DNA of 30,897 nt. Origin: Verrucomicrobiales bacterium. Its GTDB lineage: Bacteria > Verrucomicrobiota > Verrucomicrobiia > Limisphaerales > UBA1096. Positions 26,366 through 30,897 of this stretch are shown here, one piece after another. The stretch's first letter is position 1. Each line of letters opens with the position of its first letter. Location: contig JAPPPH010000115.1 of NCBI GenBank assembly GCA_028817635.1, positions 1 through 30,897 on the forward strand, given 5' to 3'. The translations under genes and the position numbers were made by a program. Below the pieces are notes generated by a model. It searched no databases, had not been told where the DNA came from, and saw nothing but the letters and a program-made list of their open reading frames with translations.

Positions 26366-27696
26366 ATGATGAAAGCCAAATCACTTCACTGCATCGCTGC
26401 GCTTGGTCTTGGGCTGGCGCTTGGCCAAGCGGCCGACCCGGTTCGCGAACGCGTGGCCAAAGGGGTCGCCACCGAGCTGCCTTCGCTCGTCTCGCTGTAC
26501 AAACATTTTCACGCCAACCCGGAGCTGTCATTCATGGAGGTCGAGACGGCCAAGCGCATGGCCGCCTAGTTGCGGACTGCCGGTTTGAAGGTCACCACCG
26601 GCGTTGGCGGTCACGGGATCGTCGGCATCCTGAAAAATGGCCCCGGCCCGACGCTGCTTATTCGTGCCGACATGGATGGCCTGCCGGTGCAGGAGGAGAC
26701 CGGCCTGCCGTACGCCAGCAAAAAACAGATGGTCGATGAGCAGGGCAACACGGTTTACACCATGCACGCCTGTGGCCACGACGTGCACATCACCAGTTTC
26801 GTTGGGACGGCCCGTATGCTCGGCCAGCTTCGTGATCAGTGGAGCGGCACGCTGGTGATGATCGGCCAACCGGCGGAAGAACGCGGCGCCGGCGCGCGCG
26901 CGATGTTGGCGGATGGCTTGTACACGAGGTGGCCGGTGCCGGACTACTGCATCGGCCTGCATGTGGCGTCCGATCAGCCAGCCGGGACGATTGGTCACAA
27001 CTCCGGCTACGTGTACGCGAATGTCGATTCGGTGGACATCACCGTGCGCGGTCAGGGCGGGCACGGTTCGCAACCGCAGGCTGCGAAGGATCCCATCGTG
27101 CTCGCGGCGCAGATTGTGGTCGCGCTGCAAACGATCGTCAGCCGCGAAGTGCATCCCCGCGAACCGGCGGTCGTCACCGTCGGCTCGATCCACGGCGGCA
27201 CCAAGCACACATCATCCCCAACGAAGTGAAGATGCAGTTGACCATCCGCTCCTACACGGACGCTGTCCGGAATCAAATTCTCGCCTCGATCAAGCGCATC
27301 TGTCTCGGTACCGCGCAGGCCGCCGGCTTGGCCAAGGAGCAAATGCCGATCGTCACCGTGAAGGACGAGTTCACGCCGTCAGCCTACAACGACCCGGTCT
27401 TGGCCAAGCGCGTGACCGATACGTTCGCCGCGTGGCTGGGCAAGGGGGCGCTGATCAAGCGGCAGCCCACGATGGGCGGCGAGGATTTCGGGATGTACGG
27501 GCGCACCAAGCACAAGGTGCCGACGTTCATGTTCGCGCTGGGCACGGTATCGACCGACTTGATCAGGCGCTTTCGTGCCACCGGCAAACCGCTGCCGATG
27601 GTGCACTCCAGCACCTACGCGCCGGACATCGAGCCAACCCTCCGAACCGGCGTCACCGCCACCACCGCCGCTGCGCTTGAGCTGTTGAAAAAATAA
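26366..27696 (+). pseudogene. M20D-family amidohydrolase broken by an in-frame TAG (26567-26569) and a 1-nt deletion near 27209
   Basis: Pieces join into one protein: HFHANPELSFME, LIRADMDGLPV, MHACGHDVH, QPAEE, GGHGSQP..AKDPI, VVTVGSIHGGTKH/IIP, MGGEDF, VHS. Could be real decay or assembly error. Confidence 0.85.
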
Positions 27697-27710
27697 GCCG
27701 GCGTGGGGCG

Positions 27711-28979
27711 TTATTTCCTCGGCTTGCCGATGCAGTAAAGGTGTTCGTGGGTGCGAATGAAGAGTTGCCCCTGACTGATCGCCGGGCTGGCGGAGACCGG
27801 TTCGCCCAGTTTGTTTTGGGTCACCACCTCAAAGGTTTCACCGGGGCGAATGACCGAAGTCACGCCAAGGTCTGAGGTGAAGTAAACCAGCCCGTCCGCC
27901 GAGACGGGTGACGGACTGTGCCCGCCCGGGAGTCGTTCCTGCCAATGTCGGCGGCCGGTCTTGGCGTCAAAGCAGCTCGCAATCCCGCTGTCCGCGACAA
28001 CCAACAAAAATCGTCCAGCTATAATCGGCGAAGGGACATAGGCTGCCCCGCGTGTGGTGCGCCATGCGATGTGCGAGTCGGTGACATTACCGGTGCCGTC
28101 CGGCTTGATCGCTAGGATGTGCCTCTGGGGATACCCGCCGGTCACAAATACGTATTCGCCGTTGTGGACCATCGACGCGACAAACTGCTCGGGCGGCCCG
28201 TCCACGATCCAGTGCCGCTTGCCATTGCGCGGATCGTAGCTCGCTACCGACAGGCTGCCGGAAAGGATCATCTGCGTACGGCCACCGATCTCGCGGATGA
28301 TCGGCGTGACGTAGCTGCGCGTTCTGTTTTCGCGCATCGTCCGCCAGCGTTCACTGCCGGACTCGCGGTCGAGCGCGACAATGTAGGCATCCCCATCGTG
28401 GTCGCCGTTGATAATCACGAGGGTCTCACACAAAACCGGGCAGGTGTTGAAGCCGTGCGCGCTCACGAAGCCGCCGACGGCTGTTTTCCACTTTTGATTT
28501 CCGTCCAGATCGTAGGCCGCGACGACAATCTTCCCCGGCGTGATCAACCGCTCCGAGCCGACGTTGGGAGCGACCACCTTGTCGCCCTCGGCACGCATGA
28601 AGGTGACGTAGACCTGTTTGCCATCCGTGGCCGGAGTGCCGGAGGCGCGACTGTTCAGGCGGTGAATCGACTCCGGCGGAGACTGCACCACGACTTTGCC
28701 CCAGATCGTTTTGCCGGTGCGCCGGTCGAGGCACAAAAGGTGTCGCTCGTTTTTCTCGGTCAGGCTGGCGGTCAGAAAAATGCGGTCAGCCCAGATGACG
28801 GGAGATGAGTGGCCCTCACCGGGGATGGCAACTTTCCAAGCGACATTTTCCGTCGCACTCCAATTCGTCGGGATGTTTTTCTCGGGACTGATCCCGTCCC
28901 CGCTTGGCCCGCGCCAACCCGGCCAATTTCCGGCCGACAATGTGGCGGTGAAAAGAAAGAGTGAAATGAGGATTCGCAC
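27711..28979 (-). CDS. PQQ-binding-like beta-propeller repeat protein (BamB-like, PVC type), exported
   Basis: GTG start, signal peptide, [29 protein letters not shown], repeated ALD..(T/S)G...W units, [14 protein letters not shown]...LYCIG. Confidence 0.85.
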   Translation of the reverse strand: MRILISLFLFTATLSAGNWPGWRGPSGDGISPEKNIPTNWSATENVAWKVAIPGEGHSSPVIWADRIFLTASLTEKNERHLLCLDRRTGKTIWGKVVVQSPPESIHRLNSRASGTPATDGKQVYVTFMRAEGDKVVAPNVGSERLITPGKIVVAAYDLDGNQKWKTAVGGFVSAHGFNTCPVLCETLVIINGDHDGDAYIVALDRESGSERWRTMRENRTRSYVTPIIREIGGRTQMILSGSLSVASYDPRNGKRHWIVDGPPEQFVASMVHNGEYVFVTGGYPQRHILAIKPDGTGNVTDSHIAWRTTRGAAYVPSPIIAGRFLLVVADSGIASCFDAKTGRRHWQERLPGGHSPSPVSADGLVYFTSDLGVTSVIRPGETFEVVTQNKLGEPVSASPAISQGQLFIRTHEHLYCIGKPRK

Positions 28980-28991
28980 GCCGGGAGTTTA

Positions 28992-29038
28992 GTGCGCTTG
29001 GCCAAGCGCACAAGAACAACCAAGCGCTTGGCCAAGCG
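28992..29038. repeat. Two palindrome copies 30 bp apart in a divergent intergenic gap
   Basis: GTGCGCTTGGCCAAGCGCAC (28992-29011) and CAAGCGCTTGGCCAAGCG (29021-29038). Confidence 0.95.
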
Positions 29039-29069
29039 AAAAACATCGCCAATCACGGGGCGGCACCGG

Positions 29070-30527
29070 ATGCTTCGTGCGATGCGTGCCCTCTCCGTTT
29101 CCCTGCTCGTGCTGCTGTCGAACCTGACTTTATCAGCCAAGCCCAATGTGCTGTTTATCGCCATCGACGACCTCGCGCCGGCGTTGCGTTGCTATGGCAA
29201 TCTCATTGCCAAGACGCCGCACATTGATCGGCTGGCGGCGACCGGCGTGCGGTTTGACCGCGCGTACAATCAACTGCCGCTCTGCAATCCCACGCGCGCC
29301 AGCGTGATGACCGGGCTGCGGCCGGACACCATCAAGGTGTACGATCTCGACCGGCATTTCCGCGACGAAGTGCCCAAGGCGGTGACGCTCTCGCAGACGT
29401 TTATGCGCAACGGCTGGTGGGCCGGGCGTGTGGGAAAGATCTATCATTACAACGTCCCGGCCAGCATCGGTACCGATGGTTTTGATGATCCGCCCAGTTG
29501 GCAAAAGACGGTGAATCCCAAGGGGCGCGACAAGACCGACGAGGCGCTCATCTTCAATGCCGAGCCGCACCGAAAAATCAGCGCCGCGCTCAGTTGGCTC
29601 GCCGCCGACGGCACGGACGAGGAACAAACCGATGGCATAATCACCACCGAGGCGATCAAGCTCATGGCGCAAAAACGCGACCAGCCGTTTTTCCTCGGCG
29701 TTGGTTTCTTCCGCCCGCACACGCCGTATGTGGCGCCCAAAAAATATTTCGCGATGTATCCGCTCAAGGACATGCGCCTGCCGTACGCGCCCAAGGGCGA
29801 TCGAGACGACATACCCACGGCCGCCTTTGCACATAACTGCCCCGTGCCGCATTATAATCTGGATGAACTCACACTGCGCAAGGCGTTGCAGGCCTACTAC
29901 GCGACCATCTCGTTTGTCGACGCGCAAGTCGGCCGATTGATGACCGCGCTGGATGAACTCAAGCTGGCCGACAACACCATCGTCGTCCTTTGGAGCGACC
30001 ACGGCTATCACCTCGGCGAGCACAACGGCATCTGGCAAAAGCGCACGCTCTTTGAGCAATCCGCCCGCTCGCCGCTCATCATCCGCGCCCCCGGCATGAA
30101 GGGAAACGGCACCGCCAGCACGCGTATCGTGGAGTTCGTGGACATTTACCCCACACTCACCGACCTCGCTGGCTTGAAAAATCCAAAAGGCTTGGAAGGC
30201 CGCAGCCTCAAGCCGCTTTTGCAAAATCCCCTCGCCGAATGGAACGGCACCGCTTTCACGCAAGTCCTTCGTCCCGCCGACAAACGCCTACCCAAGGCTG
30301 TGATGGGCCGCAGCATCCGCACCGCCCGCTGGCGCTACAGCGACTGGGCCGAGGGCAAATCGGGTGTGGAGCTGTACGATCACGCCTCTGACCCCATGGA
30401 ATTCAACAACCTCGCCCTCAAGCCCGATGCCGAAGCCAAGGCAGTGATGCAGCGCCTGCGCAAACTGCTCGAGAAAAAAGCCAGCGGCAAAGTGCCCACC
30501 ACGCCGTTTAATCCGAAGCGACTTTGA
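29070..30527 (+). CDS. Cys-type sulfatase, iduronate-2-sulfatase/choline-sulfatase-like, exported
   Basis: [76 protein letters not shown]. Start is ATG 29070 or 29082. Confidence 0.92.
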   Translation: MLRAMRALSVSLLVLLSNLTLSAKPNVLFIAIDDLAPALRCYGNLIAKTPHIDRLAATGVRFDRAYNQLPLCNPTRASVMTGLRPDTIKVYDLDRHFRDEVPKAVTLSQTFMRNGWWAGRVGKIYHYNVPASIGTDGFDDPPSWQKTVNPKGRDKTDEALIFNAEPHRKISAALSWLAADGTDEEQTDGIITTEAIKLMAQKRDQPFFLGVGFFRPHTPYVAPKKYFAMYPLKDMRLPYAPKGDRDDIPTAAFAHNCPVPHYNLDELTLRKALQAYYATISFVDAQVGRLMTALDELKLADNTIVVLWSDHGYHLGEHNGIWQKRTLFEQSARSPLIIRAPGMKGNGTASTRIVEFVDIYPTLTDLAGLKNPKGLEGRSLKPLLQNPLAEWNGTAFTQVLRPADKRLPKAVMGRSIRTARWRYSDWAEGKSGVELYDHASDPMEFNNLALKPDAEAKAVMQRLRKLLEKKASGKVPTTPFNPKRL

Positions 30528-30897
30528 TACGATTCAGTTTAATCCTGCTGGCCACGTGCATTGCTGTTCGGGCGGCGGATTCATTGCCGCCGCTCAAAAA
30601 AGTGCCGCAGAATGTGGCGGAGCTTTGGGCGGGGTATGATCCGCGCAAGGAGCCGTTGCGGACGGAGGTGGTGCGCGAATGGGAAGAGGATGGGGTGACC
30701 ATTCGGTACGTGCGGTACTTCATCGGGTCGTTCAAGGGCAAGGCGGCTTGGATGGCGGGGTTTTATGCAGCACCAAAAGGCGGAACGAATTTGCCGGGCG
30801 TGTTGCACATGCATGGGGGTGGGCAGCGGGCGAATTTGCATTTGGTGAAGTATCACGCCAGGCGGGGGTATGCGGCGTTGTCGGTGAAATGTGGAGT
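30524..30897 (+). CDS. Exported hydrolase-like protein (dienelactone hydrolase/acetylxylan esterase type), 3'-truncated; absent from the ORF track
   Basis: TTG 30524 overlaps the sulfatase stop. Manual translation: [73 protein letters not shown]...[14 protein letters not shown]...RGYAALSV. No stop before the window end. Confidence 0.7.
   Translation, partial: MIRFSLILLATCIAVRAADSLPPLKKVPQNVAELWAGYDPRKEPLRTEVVREWEEDGVTIRYVRYFIGSFKGKAAWMAGFYAAPKGGTNLPGVLHMHGGGQRANLHLVKYHARRGYAALSVKCG

Larger units (their letters stand above)
2405..29038. repeat. Dispersed, highly iterated palindrome CGCTTGGCCAAGCG (core CTTGGCCAAG)
   Basis: Perfect 14-mers start at 2489, 3883, 4057, 6508, 8268, 9823, 11079, 12392, 16811, 18421, 21283, 22641, 22673, 24763, 24887, 26418, 28995, 29025. 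Additional 10-mer cores start at 2406, 4848, 6269, 7675, 9803, 11344, 12382, 15344, 16189, 17039, 18770, 18990, 21957, 24355, 27327, 27399. Manual count. Confidence 0.97.

Noticed and set aside
26567-26569. Stop-codon reassignment or read-through of TAG
   Set aside because: TAG terminates other genes normally here (766, 8056, 15819), and the same gene also has a frameshift.
2405-29038. Palindromes as a CRISPR array
   Set aside because: Copies are 10-14 bp, irregularly spaced, mostly inside genes, with no spacer pattern and no cas genes.
2405-29038. Palindromes as classical REP/BIME or MITE elements
   Set aside because: Too short, no GTAG/CGTC foot or loop, mostly coding, and no RAYT or other transposase in the window. 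A distant trans-acting enzyme is not excluded.
2405-29038. Palindromes as adapter or linker contamination
   Set aside because: Copies keep reading frames intact, avoid the Trp frame, occur as graded degenerate variants and match expected residues in conserved proteins. Random artefacts would not behave this way.
12383-29038. Track ORFs or N-terminal extensions starting MAKR or MRLAKR (12383, 21280, 22638, 24766, 28992)
   Set aside because: The starts are the TTG/GTG inside or beside the palindrome. They reflect the repeat, not a peptide family.
24808-30527. Two sulfatases without a formylglycine-generating enzyme nearby
   Set aside because: Dispersed sulfatases served by a maturation enzyme encoded elsewhere are normal in PVC genomes.
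1-30897. tRNA, rRNA, riboswitch, integrase or IS genes
   Set aside because: Intergenic gaps are at most about 155 nt, none shows a cloverleaf or known leader pattern by eye, and no ORF has recombinase or transposase motifs. A covariance-model scan was not run.

Overview
GC-rich, gene-dense window from a PVC-superphylum bacterium, probably Verrucomicrobiota or a planctomycete-like lineage. The evidence is a 51-aa PVC signature protein missed by the ORF track, DUF1501/PSD1-cytochrome genes, sulfatases and a PQQ-like propeller. Gene order: truncated Nramp-like transporter, SDR, frameshifted fused E1 alpha/beta, E2, tandem cyclase-family hydrolase, DUF1501-PSD1-DUF1501; then a minus-strand block (small basic protein, RluB-type synthase, SH3 protein, folD, hypothetical); then an exported hydrolase, a four-gene envelope operon ending in a LysM protein, trmB, two sulfatases, a doubly broken M20 amidohydrolase, a PQQ-repeat protein and a truncated hydrolase. 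No mobile element, CRISPR array or RNA gene is evident. The main unexplained signal is the palindrome CGCTTGGCCAAGCG: by manual count there are 18 perfect 14-mers and 34 copies of the core CTTGGCCAAG. It is written in-frame into proteins as LGQA or LAKR, concentrates in signal peptides, linkers and intergenic gaps, and forms tandem copies with a 12-bp period. It resembles a HIP1-like iterated palindrome outside cyanobacteria. Counts are manual and all family assignments come from motif recognition, not database searches.
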